This document shows, one piece after another, positions 22,101 to 33,356 of a DNA stretch of 64,000 nt. The stretch comes from Heteronotia binoei (taxonomy: Eukaryota): assembly GCF_032191835.1 (NCBI RefSeq), contig NC_083236.1, positions 46,438,001 to 46,502,000 of the forward strand, read 5' to 3'. The notes below the pieces were generated by a model, which worked only from the letters and a program-made list of their open reading frames with translations, did no database searches and was not told the DNA's origin. Position 1 is the first letter of the stretch, and every line of letters begins with the position of its first letter. Made by a program: the position numbers and the translations under genes.

Positions 22101-25100
22101 CACAACCTTGCTCCTGGCTCCATCCCTAAAGTGTCCTGGCTCCACCTCCAAAGTCCCCAGATATTTCTTGAATTGGACTTGGCAACCCTAGTAGAAACAA
22201 GATTGCAAGTACCTCATTCTGGATAGTTTAAAAAAAATGAAACCTGCCATTTCAGAGGAGCTAGTAGATTGAGGCAGTACATGATCATAATATCATCAGG
22301 CTGTAGTAAACTAGCAATTGCTGATTCTTTTTTAAGCCTGAGAAAAAGAATGCAGTGACAGGGGTGATAGTGCTAGGGAAATGGCTGCTGACACAGAAAG
22401 CTGCACCTAAACTTTCTATGGGGTTGTTCTGCTGCCGGTGACAACGTCTCTGCATTCATGGTGGCGATGACAGGGAGACTCTTGGCCCTGGAGATGCAGG
22501 TCACAAAGGAGTAGGGGGAATCAGATTTCTATTGCAATTAGGGTTGCCAGGTTCCCTTGCTGCTTCAGCAGGGGGATATGGGGAGTGTTCTGGGGGTGGG
22601 CAGGGACGCTCTGGTTTTTGGTCAAACTCTATGGTTAAATTGGGCTTAAATGGGTCGTTTTGTAGAAAAATAGGTGGTGGAGCTCATTAGCATAACTCAT
22701 TGGCATATCCCCCAGCTAAAAAGAACCCAATGCAAGAAAGGAGAGCTCCGGGCCAGCGAGGCCTGCTTAGGCTGGCTAAAGATCCAGCCAGCCCAAGCAG
22801 GCCTCACTCGTCTGGGGCTCTTCTGGACCGCCCCCCCAGTCAAAAGGCCAGCAAGCCACCCATCATCCAGAATCACATGAAAAGTGGAGAAAGGGTGGCA
22901 CAGGTTTTTCCAGGGGTTAATGAGGGCTGCTGGGGGCATGGCTGAGCTCCTGGTGGCTGGCTGGCTGCCCGCTCTCCTAATCCAGGGATGGTTATGCGGC
23001 TGCACTTACTATTCAATGGACAAGGCAGGTGGTAGGCTTCCCAACCCTCCCGCCCTGGCGGGGGACCCCAGGATTTCCAGCCTCTTCCCCTGCTCCCCCA
23101 AAAAAACGGAAGCGGGGGGAGAGGGGAAACGGCGCCAAGGAGCATGGTGAGCCGCCCCATCCCAGAGCGGGCGACGACGACGCGCCGCTGCCGCCCCTCC
23201 CCGCCCACCGCAGCTGCTCCTCCAAGATGGGCCCAGGCTGAGCCTATCTCGGAGGAGCAGCCACGGCAAGCGGAGAAGAGACAGCAGCTGCGCAGCATCG
23301 CCTGCCCCGCCTCCGAGGCAAAACCAGAGAAGGGGAGGGCGGAGGCAGGCCAGGAGCATGGTGAGCCGCGAATCCAGGCTCTTCTAGGACCCGGACTCGT
23401 GGCTCGCCACGCCCTCAGCCCGCCTCCACCCCCCCCTCCGATTCCACCGCAGCTGCTCCTCCGAGATGGGCCCAGCCTGAGCCCATCTCGGAGGAGCAGC
23501 CACGACGAGCGGAGAAGAGGCGGCAGCTGCGCAGCGGCATCGCCCGCTCCGAGACGGGGTGGCTCGCCATGCTCCCCGGCGCCGTTTCCCCCCTCCCCCC
23601 TAGCTCCACCCCAGTGTCTCCTAGCTCCACCCCCAAAGTCCCCAGATATTTCTGGAGTTGGACTTGGCAACCCTAGTAGGTGGGGAGGAAGAGGGAGAAC
23701 CCTCAGATTCAGGAACTGCACCCCTGTGAGCTTCTGCTGAACCTGAGGCCTGGGTTTAAACCAGTTTGCCCAAAACCCAGCGCATCCCCCGCATAATGTC
23801 CCCAACATGATGATGTCACTTCCGGGTGATGTTGTCATGTTGACAATGTAGCTGTTTGGGGGAGGGGTTTCCCTTGCTGGCTAGCTGGTCCGCAGTAGGA
23901 AGAAGCCCCAGAAACCAGGGGAATCCCCTGCTGGCACCTGGGGGCCGACAATCCTAGGTGATAGAAAGGTACTAAAGCAAGAGTCCCCAACCTTTTGAGT
24001 CTGCAGACGCCTCTGTAATTTTGAAAGAGTGTGGTGGGCACAGCCACAAAACATCAGGGAGTGAGGTTTATGCCCAGGGCTTTTTTTGTAGCAGGAATTC
24101 CTTTGCCTATTAGGCCACACACCCCTGATGTAGTCAATCCTCCAAGAGCTTACAGTGTAGCAGGTAAATAATGAAGCCCCACACCTTGCTTGGTTTGAAG
24201 CAAGGTATTTTACTTTGACATCAAAGTAGAACTTGTCAGCATAAGCTCAAGATGACTAAGTTAAAATCATCAGCCTTCTGACCATTTTTATTCATCTCCA
24301 AAACAAGCAGACAAGCCCCCTCTTATCTAATTCAAATGCTCCACCTCCTGCTTTCCTTCCAGTAATTTCTTGTAGTTTTCCCCTGCTCTGTCCCTCTGTT
24401 ATCAGCAAGAAGCTCCTTCTCTGCGGCGCCCCTGTTATCTTGGATTCACACCCTTAGCCTGTCTGGTTTTAACAGTTTAGCAGAAGCTCCTCTGAGGGGC
24501 CTCTTAACAGTCACTCTAAATGTTGCATCAGACATTATCTTTTGAAGGCACAACTGTATTTTCCATTATTATTATTACTGAGGTATTCATTAATTATTCA
24601 GGGGTCCCTCTTCAACAGTAGACCCTATACTAAGAGCCCTGTAAGCTTCAGGAGGATTGGCTACATCAGGGGTGTGTGGCCTAATATTCAAAGGAGTTCC
24701 TGCTACAAAAAAAGCCCTGGGCATAACTCATATAGCTTTCAAGTGTCAAAGTTCCCTTTGGGAGCTTGTTGATCTCTAAGGTGCTACTGGACTTCATGCT
24801 AGCTGTTCTACTGCAGACCAGCATGGCTACCCTCTGAAACAATTGAATGCAATGGCAACTCTTCAACATTTCTGCCAGAAGCTCTGGTTAACAGGGTGCC
24901 TTTTAATCCGCACAGCCAAACTGATCTCCAGTGGCCAATTAGAAGCCTTGCTGGGCAAGAACCCCCTTAGACCGATCAACTTTTCAAAAACGCTTAGCAA
25001 GCACCAGGATATATGTGGGCACAGTTTGGTGTAGTGATTAAGTGTGCGGACTCTAATCTGGGAGAACCGGGTCTGATTTCCCACTTCTCCACTTGCAGCT

Positions 25101-28100
25101 GCTGGAATGGCCTTGGGTCAGCCATAGCTCTCACAGAGCTGTCCTTGAAAGGGCAGCTTCTGGGAGAGCTGTCTCAGTCCCACCTACCTCACTGGATGTC
25201 TGTTGTGGGCGGTGGGGGAAGTAAAGGAGATTGTAGGCTACTCCGAGACTCTGAGATTTAGAGTATAGGGCAGGGTATAAATCCAATATATTCTTATAGT
25301 GCCCACAGGCAACTATAAGATTTTGGCAACCCATGATTTAAAGCATGAAAACTGATGTCAATTAGTTACAAGGATATTAAGTAACATTAACAGCTTGCTC
25401 TAGATGGAAAGACATGAGAAAAGTGGGTAAATGTTGGTCCAGTTTGGTGTAGTGGTTAAGTGTGCGGACTCTTATCTGGGAGAACCGGGTTTGATTCCCC
25501 ACTCCTCCACTTGCACCTGCTAGCATGGCCTTGGGTCAGCCATAGCTCTGGCAGAGGTTGTCCTTGAAAGGGCAGCTGCTGTGAGAGCCCTCTCCAGCCC
25601 CACCCACCTCACAGGGTGTCTGTTGTGGAGGAGGAAGGTAAAGGAGATTGTGAGCCGCTCTGAGACTCTTCGGAGTGGAGGGCGGGATATAAATCCAATA
25701 TCTTCTTCTTCTTCTTCTTCTCTGTATTGCAATAGATAGAGATGGAAAAGGAAATAAGTAGTCTAGGAATGCCAGCCTCCAGGTGGCACCTGGGGATCCC
25801 CTGGAACGACAGGTCATCTCCAGATTACAGAGATCAGTTCCTCTGGAGAAAATGAATGCTTTGAGAAAGTGAACTCAATGGCACTGTATCTCACGGAGGT
25901 CCCTATCCTCCCCAGGTTTCATCCCCAAATCTCCAGGAGTTTCCCAACCTGGATTTGGTCACCCTACCCACCCAGGGGAGACCTCGCAACCCTAACTGGT
26001 ATTCTGTTTATAGTATGTATCTATCATATATGTATTATACTGGTCTGCAAACCTGTAAGCGTTTCTATGTATTTTGCAATTTAAAAAGAAGAGATGACTA
26101 AAACAGGAAGGGAAACAAACAAAACAAACTAAAATATGCTCATATTCTGCATGCATCCCTACTTGGGAAGAGCTGTCTGGGCCTCCCTGTAGACTGCTGC
26201 ATTGCTGTCCTTGATCCTTCCCTCTCCTTCTCCAGGCATTCCTGCCTTTGCTGAGGAAGGCGTCCCAGAAAAGCCCCCAGAAAGGGATGAGCTGCAGCAA
26301 AGCTGCCATTGTCAACGTCTCCAGTGAAGGAGGTTCCATCACTAATGTCCTCATGTGGGATCTTGGGCATTTCATCAGTTACCGCTGTAGTAAGGTAGGG
26401 ACATGACAGCAGCAGTGGCTCATTATATAGGGCAAGAAGAGTGTAGAAGCCATGAAAAGCTATGTTCAGACCTGTTTACACGACAAATAAATAAAATCTA
26501 TGCCCAGGGAGAACACGAAAGAACGTTGCTTAGATTCTTAAGAAATAGGGTTGCTAGCAACTGGGGCTGAGAGGATCAGGGGGCAAAGACTTATGTGTTT
26601 GACATCATGCTGACCGCTTTGAGTGACCTGAAGTGATGTCATTGTGCTATGGCAGCACTGCAACATTCCCCCAGAACTCTGTGGTTTGACCTGGTGTCCC
26701 TATCAAGTAGACTTGCCAATCCTCAGGTCCCAATGGGGGTTCTCCTGCTTTCCCAGGCTCCTTCCCGCTCTCAGTCAGCTGGCCGGTGGGGGGAAGCCCC
26801 GCCCCCACAGCCACCATGTGCCTTTCCACCTCTGGAGGCTTCAGACTCCACTTGGAAAGGCTTCCTCTTGGGATGATGTGTCTGTGTCTTTAAGGCTGAA
26901 TGGGGGCGGGGAGGGAGCAGGCAGAAGAACATGGCTGCTCCCAGTGGCTGTGAAAGCAGCCCTGACCCTCTTTTGGTGGCACAATCTTTTCAGAGGTCGT
27001 TTGCATAGGAAAGGTAAACTTGAACCTTTGGTTGCTCTGTGTTACTTTGAAAAAGTTGGAAGTTCAGCAACTCGTGAGTAGAGATGCCAATCTCCAGGTG
27101 GGCAAAAAAATCAAAGGTACGGTACATAACCCACCATGAAAACCAGCTTCTTTTATTAAATTATACAAGGTCAACAAAAATAAACAAAAATTCCACCATC
27201 ATAAATTACAAAACAACCATAGCTTTTAGTCCTTAATAGAAAAGGAAGCAATAGCACCAAGAGTCTTTCTTTTCATCCTATGGTAAAACTTCCCATCTTA
27301 TTCCATGCAATCCTGGTGTAGTACTCCAGATGTTTAATGTCTGTCCAAAGATGCAGCCAATAATCCAAGTTTCCAAGGACAAGGTCGTACTGAACCCTTG
27401 TTTCGCGTGAGCTTCTTCAAGCTGCAACAATCCTCTTAGCAATTTCTCTTAAGCGTTAGGCCAAACAGCCAGCATATTTGAAGGTGTTCCTTCAAATGTT
27501 CCTTCAGTACGACCTTGTCCTTGGAAACTTGGCTTATTGGCTGCATCTTTGGACAGACATTAAACATCTGGAGTACTACACCAGGATTGCATGGAATAAG
27601 ATGGGAAGTTTTACCATAGGATGAAAAGAAAGACTCTTGGTGCTATTGCTTCCTTTTCTATTAAGGTCTAAAAGTTATGGTTGTTTTGTAATTTATGATG
27701 GTGGAATTTGTGTTTATTTTTGTTGACCTTGTATAATTGAATAATAGAAGCTGGTTTTCACGGTGGGTTATGCATCTTTGATTTTTTTTTGTCCTTTTGC
27801 CGTGTTACTCTATGTGTGTTGTAGAATCTCCAGGTGGGAGCAGGCCCTCCCCCGCTTCAGAGTCGTCAGAAATGGGGGGGCGGGGGGAGGAGGGAAATGT
27901 CTGCTGGGCACTTCATTATTCCCGATGGAGATTGATTCCCATAGGGTATAATGGAGAATTGATTTGGGGTGCTGCAGCGGCTGTTTCTTGAGGGAGAGGC
28001 ACCACATTTTCAGCATAGCATCTGATGACTTTCCTCAAAATGCTCTCCAAGTTTCAAAACGAGTGGACCAGGGGGTCGAATTCTGTGAGCCCCAAAAGAA

Positions 28101-31100
28101 GGTGCCCCTATCTTTCATTATTTCTAATGTAGGGAAGGCATTTAAAAGGTGTGTGGTTCCTTTAAATGTGATGGCCAGAACTCCCTTTGGAATTCAGTTG
28201 TGCTTGTTACAACTTTGCTTATGGCTCCACCCCCAAAGTCTCCTGGCTCCACCCCCAAAGTCCCCAGATATTTCTTGAATTGGACTTGGCAACCCTAAAG
28301 AAACCTTGAAATATCTTAACATGAGATCCAGTTTGATGTAGTGGTTAAGTGCATGGACTCTTACCTGGGAGAACCGAGTTTGATTCTCCACTCCTCCACT
28401 TGCAGCTGCTGGAATGGCCTTGGGTCAGCCATAGCTCTTGCACAGCTGCCCTTGAAAGGGCAGCTTCTGAGAGAGCTCTTTCAGCCCCACCTACCTCGCA
28501 GAGTGTTTGTTGTGGGGGAGGAAGGTAAAGGAGACTGTAAGCCGCTCTGAGATTCAGATTGAAGAGTGGGGTATAAATCCAATATCTTCTTCGTCTTCTG
28601 TCTAAAACCTCAAATCAAACTGTATTTCCTGGATCAATGATACTCACTCAGTGACTCAGGAGGCACATTTGGCTCTCTGACATGCCACATGTGGTTCTTT
28701 TGACTGCTGTTCCTCAATGTGACCACATTTCAGGGAAGTGTGGAAAGCCCTTGCCAAATGGAGGAGGTGATTGGCAGGTGGTTTCCACCTTGAAACAGCC
28801 AGTGCTGTAGGAATGGATAACCACCAGCGAGCCTAGCTGGAATGTGAGCCTCCTGCCACAGATGGAAATAAATGTGGCTCTTTTGGTTGATGATCAAGGT
28901 GAATGTTGCTGTCTATGAGCTACAGAGTGACTTCCACTGTTCTAGATCTACAAAACATAGCTTTGACTTGCTGCCTTTTCATGGAACTGAATGCTTCTTG
29001 CTTCCTGTTTTCGGCATAGGCTGCTTTGAACATGCTCACGCGGTGCCAGTCACTGGGATATTCAGAAGATGAGATCCTGTGCATTGCATTGCACCCTGGA
29101 TGGGTGCAGACAGACATGGGAAGTTCAGAGGTTGGTGATTCCTGGAGTTAATTTCATCATCACACATTGACAATCCCAGATCAATGTCAATATTGTAGGT
29201 CTACATCCAAATAAGGTTCTGATTATTTTTTGTCTTTTTGTATTTCCAAGATATTTCAGACATCCTCACTGAAAAACTAAGAACTGCCTCTTGAACCAGA
29301 CCACAAATTATCTCTAGTTAAGAACATAACAGAAGCCATGTTGGATCAGGCCAATGGCCCATCCAGTCCAACACTCTGTGCCACAAAGTGGCCAAAAAAC
29401 CCAGGTGCCATCAGGAGGTTCATCTGTGGGGCCAGGACACTAGAAGCCCTCCCACTATGCCCCCCCCCAAACACCAAGAATACAGAGGTGCTTCCATTTT
29501 CCCCCTGAATTCTATGCTGGATTATGACTGGAATTTCAGCAGTTGCCAACTCTGAGTTTGGGAATTCTTGGAGCTTTGTGGATGAAGCCTGTAGAGACTT
29601 TGGAGAGGGGATAGGGTTGCCATTTGCCCGGCGGGGGCAGAGGATCTCCCAATTTTATGGGCTCCCCCACTCCCAAACAAATGGAGAGCCAGTTTGGTGT
29701 AGTGGTTAAGTGTGCGGACTCTTATCTGGGAGAGCCGGGTTTGATTCCCCACTCCTCCATTTGCACCTGCTAGCATGGCCTTGGGTCAGCCATAGCTCTG
29801 GCAGAGGTTGTCCTTGAAAGGGCAGCTGCTGTGAGAGCCCTCTCCAGCCCCACCCACCTCACAGGGTGTCTGTTGTGGGGGAGGAAGGTAAAGGAGATTG
29901 TGAGCCGCTCTGAGACTCTTTGGAGTGGAGGGCGGGATATAAATCCAATATCTTCTTCTTCTTCTAAATGTCCCTGCACAGTGCTGGCAACACACTGACA
30001 TCACTTCCAGAGTGACATCATCACATTGGCAATGTTGGAGCTGATGCTCTACTTTGGGGGCAAAACTCTATGGTTGGACCCATTTTTACCATAGGGTTTT
30101 GCCTCAAAAGTAGACCATTGCCCCAGAGTCACCAATGTGATGACATCTGGAAGTGATGTCAGCACATCACTGATGTCCCTGCCCATCTCTAGAATGCCTC
30201 CCAAATCCCATTGCCAGCAGGAAGAAGACTCCTGGCAACCCAGAGAGGAGAGGGACCTCAGCAGAGTGTAATGCAATAGACCTCCCCTTCCAAAGCAGCC
30301 ATTTTCTCCAGAGTATCTAATCTCTGGCATCTTGAAATGAGCTGTAATTATGGGAGATCTTCAGGCCTCACCTGGTGGCTGGAAACTCTGGCTAAGGATT
30401 CTTCTATTTCTTAGCAGCATTCACTCGCCTACCACCCCAGTAGAAGATGGGAGTAGTGTTGCCAGGTCCGATTCAAGAATTATCTGGGGACTCTGGGGGT
30501 GGAGCCAGGAGACTTTGGGGGTGAAGCAAGGAGCAAGGTTGTGACAAGCATAACTGAACTCCAAAGGAAGTTCTAGCCACCACATTTTCGGGACCGCACA
30601 CCTTGTGAGTGCCAGTTTGGTGTAGTGGTTAAGTGTGCAAACTCTTATCTGGGAGAACCAGGTTTGATTCCCCACTCCTCCACTTGCAGCTGCTGGAATG
30701 GCCTTGGGTCAGCCATAGCACTCACAGGAGTTGTCCTTGAAAGGGGCTCTCTCAGCCCCACCTCCCTCACAGGGTGTCTTTTGTGGGGGGTGGGAGGTAA
30801 AGAATATTGTGACTGTTCTGAGACTCTGAGATCCAGAGTATAGGACAGGATATAAATCCAGTATCTTCTTCTTTTAAATGCCTTCCCTGCATTGGAAATA
30901 ATGAAGGATAGGGGCACCTTCTTGTAGGGCTCATAGAATTGGACTGCCTGGCCCAATCTTTTTGAAACTTGGAGGGTGTTTTGAGGAGAGGCACTGGATA
31001 CTATGTTGCAAATGTGGTGCCTCTACCTCAAAAAACAGCCCCCCCCCAGATCCCCATGGATTAATTCTCCATTATACCCTATGGGAATCAGTCTCCATAG

Positions 31101-31460
31101 GGAATAATGGAGTGCCCAGCAGACATTTCTCTTTCCCCGCTTTCTGATGACCCTGAAGTGGGGGGAGGGCCTCCAAACCAGGGGATCCCCTGCTCCCACC
31201 TGGGGATTGGCAACCCTAGATGGGAGTCCCTTTTTTTCTTTGTACCAGACTTACCACTTACTTTCACCCGACAGTCCATCTTACTAATTCATCATTTATT
31301 ATGCACAGTGCAAGTCTTTATGTACTCTCTCTTTTCAAATGCGCAGGCCCCTCTGACAGTGGATGCAAGTGTGAGAGCCATACTGAAAACCCTTGGCCAT
31401 CTCTCTGAGAAAGACAACGGCACTTTTGTGAACTGGGAGGGGTCAGCCGTGCCTTGGTGA
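15973..31460 (+). CDS. C-factor/CsgA-like SDR gene 2, join(15973-16113,18840-18891,21209-21396,26236-26394,29020-29130,31347-31460), 254 aa
   Basis: Six GT-AG exons total 765 nt, same internal exon sizes as gene 1 (52/188/159/111/114). TGSNRGIG, LINNAA, NVSS, YRCSK, HPGWVQTDMG, NWEGSAVPW. Confidence 0.94.
16168..16438 (+). mobile_element. Squam3/Ther1-like SINE
   Basis: Full-length copy of the family. Confidence 0.8.
17334..17800. mobile_element. TAGGGTTGCCA-type hAT MITE, complete
   Basis: Both TIRs are present (tagggttgcca ... tggcaacccta). Confidence 0.82.
18840..18891 (+). CDS. SDR gene 2 exon 2 (ELKGLAAKHHEMKIVPL)
   Basis: 52 nt, tttctttcag acceptor, G|gtatgc donor. Confidence 0.9.
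20239..20420. mobile_element. Palindromic CAGGGCTTTTTT MITE
   Basis: Fold-back element. Relatives at 8757-8945, 24073-24720, 34495-34607, 37468-37800, 46218-46400 and 57768-58300. Confidence 0.7.
21209..21396 (+). CDS. SDR gene 2 exon 3 (EATDPSSIQ...LINNAA...GPMLVTK)
   Basis: 188 nt, ctgcag acceptor, AAG|gtaagg donor. Confidence 0.93.
21575..21655 (-). mobile_element. Short Penelope-derived remnant with decayed hammerhead core
   Basis: Minus strand CTGAAGAACTGAGCAGTGACTCCCAAAAGCTC...TAAGGTGCTACTGGACTC. Relatives at 5161-5240, 24730-24840, 62790-62870 and 63020-63230. Confidence 0.6.
21707..22190. mobile_element. TAGGGTTGCCA-type hAT MITE, complete
   Basis: Both TIRs, degenerate TSD attgaaac/gtagaaac. 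Confidence 0.82.
23033..23675. mobile_element. GC-rich fold-back hAT MITE nested in another hAT-like element (22652-23752)
   Basis: Degenerate TAGGGTTGCCA TIRs, TSD gcaggtgg/gtaggtgg (7 of 8 match), internal nested inverted repeats. Confidence 0.7.
24156..24614. mobile_element. Probable solo LTR (459 bp) inserted in the centre of a CAGGGCTTTTTT MITE
   Basis: TG...CA ends, 4-bp TSD ACAG (24152-24155, 24615-24618); the host MITE halves rejoin cleanly. Confidence 0.55.
25439..25722 (+). mobile_element. Squam3/Ther1-like SINE, young copy
   Basis: Nearly identical to 29684-29964. Further copies at 5240-5356, 18923-19061, 25021-25296, 28326-28597, 30612-30873, 33718-33975 (-) and 62692-62790 (-). 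Confidence 0.82.
26236..26394 (+). CDS. SDR gene 2 exon 4 (AFLPLLRKASQKSP...ISYRCSK)
   Basis: 159 nt, ttctccag acceptor, AAG|gtaggg donor. Confidence 0.93.
27103..27824. mobile_element. Penelope-like retroelement fragment with inverted duplication, inserted into a hAT MITE
   Basis: 14-bp TSD AATCTCCAGGTGGG (27089-27102, 27825-27838). 270-bp inverted arms at 27125-27394 and 27503-27772. Hammerhead-like core and AATAAA on the minus-strand copy. Confidence 0.7.
27371..27427 (-). ncRNA. Degenerate hammerhead-like motif in a Penelope-like insert
   Basis: Minus strand reads cTTGAAGA-A-GC-TCAC-GC-GAAAC-AAGG...CCTT-GTC, giving a 6-bp stem III, a GUC triplet and a 2-bp stem II. Core C3 is altered and stem I is poor. 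Confidence 0.45.
29020..29130 (+). CDS. SDR gene 2 exon 5 (AALNMLTRCQSLG...HPGWVQTDMGSSE)
   Basis: 111 nt, ggcatag acceptor, GAG|gttggt donor. Confidence 0.92.
29319..29525 (-). mobile_element. CR1/L2-clade LINE 3' end with (TTATGTTC)-type tail
   Basis: Reverse complement of gtgttggactggatgggccattggcctgatccaacatggcttct..ttatgttctta. Confidence 0.7.
29684..29964 (+). mobile_element. Squam3/Ther1-like SINE, young copy
   Basis: Full head, core and tail; nearly identical to 25439-25722. Confidence 0.82.
31347..31460 (+). CDS. SDR gene 2 exon 6 (APLTVDASV...NWEGSAVPW-stop)
   Basis: 114 nt including TGA, gcgcag acceptor. Confidence 0.93.
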   Translation, partial: APLTVDASVRAILKTLGHLSEKDNGTFVNWEGSAVPW

Positions 31461-31471
31461 CAAGACAGGGC

Positions 31472-31477
31472 AATAAA
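31472..31477 (+). terminator. Polyadenylation signal of SDR gene 2
   Basis: AATAAA 11 nt after the stop codon. Confidence 0.55.
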
Positions 31478-33242
31478 AATGTGAAACTTATAGAAGGGCC
31501 ATCTTCCTTTACTTCATACAGGAGAGGAATGTGGCTGCAAGAGGCAAACTGCTTTACCTATTCCTTCATCTTTTCCCATCATGTTCTAGTAATTTAATAC
31601 TAATGATTGCCAGTCTGTTTAACGGCACTATCTATTAAGAGGTGAGACTTTGTCCTTGTATTTCTACTGAGTTGGACTCCTGGTCCGATTTACAACAAAT
31701 CAATTTTTTATCAGCAGAAGGGCAGGTTGGTCATGGCAAAGGCAGCCTCTTTGGCACTAGCAGCTGAAAGATGTTTTTACAAGCAGTCATGGGATGGATT
31801 GTTCTAAGGAGCCGTGGCTCTTTGTCGCTTGACATCTTTTATCTTTAATTATGCTGTGCACATGGATTTTGTTGCAACTGTACTTACTTGTAAATATGTT
31901 CAAGACGATTAAAATCATTAATTATTCAACTTGCTAGGAGTACAATCCCGTAGCCCTTTAAATACTGCAGCATTTGTTATGGTAAGCTTTTGTACATGTG
32001 ACATCTTTAGAGACAGCAAATGCTGTAGTTCTTGGGTCTTGCATACTCATTTGTTAGGTGTGAACAGAGACTAGATTTATCAGGAAAGCACAGGCTTGCA
32101 CGAATCTCTGGCATCTTCAATGAACAGGAATCTTAGGTACCAGATGTTGTGGGGGGGAATTATTTCTATTCTGCTGCCAGTATAAGTAAACAATAATGAG
32201 AGAGATGGATCACTGGTTTGTCCTGGTATAAGAGTGGCATTGTCAGCTTGGAGCGTTCTTGCAGATTTGGGGGTGGAGTCTGGAGGACAGCAGCGTTTGG
32301 GGAGAGGAAGTGGCTCAGTGGGGATATAATGTCACTCTAGGAGTAATGCTTCTCCTAAACTCCATGGTATACGATGCAGTCCACCCTCTAAAGCTGCCAT
32401 TTCCTCCAGGGAAACATCTACCTTGAAGAGCTCAGTCTTGAGGTGGGCAACTCTAAGGGAAGCTTCATTTGTCCATATGCTTAGTTTTGACTGGATCTTG
32501 CCCATTCTCTTTGTCATTGCGGAACGGATAAGGTGAGTTTCATGTTCTTGACAAACAAAGGGGAAATAATTTCTGCAACTAATCCAAACCAGAAAAGGAA
32601 ACTAAACAAAAACAGAGAGAGAATCTCAACAGAAAATGCAACAAACCATAAAAAGACAACCAGCTGATTAAGAAACATTGAGGGCTTTAAACTTTTATCA
32701 TACAACAAAACAAAAGGTCTTCATGTGTGATAGTACTGTACGTTGCAATACATAAATTCCAGATTCTGAAAAAACACACAATCCAACTGTCCAAAAGGCT
32801 GTGAGCTACAAGCATAACAGCATGATGAAATATGAACTCAAAGCTCTTTGTAAAACCACAAATGGCCCACATCTAGCAACAGATTCATAAAAAGCATACC
32901 TAGCAAATTACAGAACAATATCATGGCTGTTAAAAATAAGTCTCATAACTTTATCAGAAATTGTATTTCCAGAGGTTCAGACAGTCAGGAAGGAAGTCAC
33001 TTGGGAGTCCTTTCAGGCAAGAACAAAAATCAAACCTATACCAAAAGTTATGATTCACTTCAGCAAAGACTTTGATCCAATCATACCACTTTTTTAGTTC
33101 CATCCTAGTATAAATTTGTTGGTTTGTATTTTTTCCCAAGTGTTTGAGGAACAAAATCATGTTCTCTGGAGTCTTCTGTCTGCAGGGGCTACTGAGGGCT
33201 GGAGGAGTTGAGGTCAGCCCTGGATTTCTGACCAGAATCCCC

Positions 33243-33356
33243 TCACCATGGGAGCCTCTTCCCTTCCCAATCCAGAAAAGCTCCTGTTTCTGATGAGGAT
33301 ACATTAGCAAGGACTTGGAGGATGCCTTGAACACTGCACTCTACAGCCAAAGGTGC
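33243..33356 (-). CDS. SDR gene 3 exon 6 ([11 protein letters not shown]...DWEGKRLPW-stop)
   Basis: 114 nt including TGA, cttccctcaag acceptor. Confidence 0.92.
   Translation of the reverse strand, partial: APLAVECSVQGILQVLANVSSSETGAFLDWEGKRLPW

Noticed and set aside
22873-23838. 321-aa and 198-aa Gly/Arg/Pro-rich ORFs
   Set aside because: They lie within nested GC-rich MITEs; low complexity and open on both strands.
32954-33334. 126-aa minus-strand ORF
   Set aside because: It overlaps the true last exon of SDR gene 3 in another frame and runs into 3' UTR.
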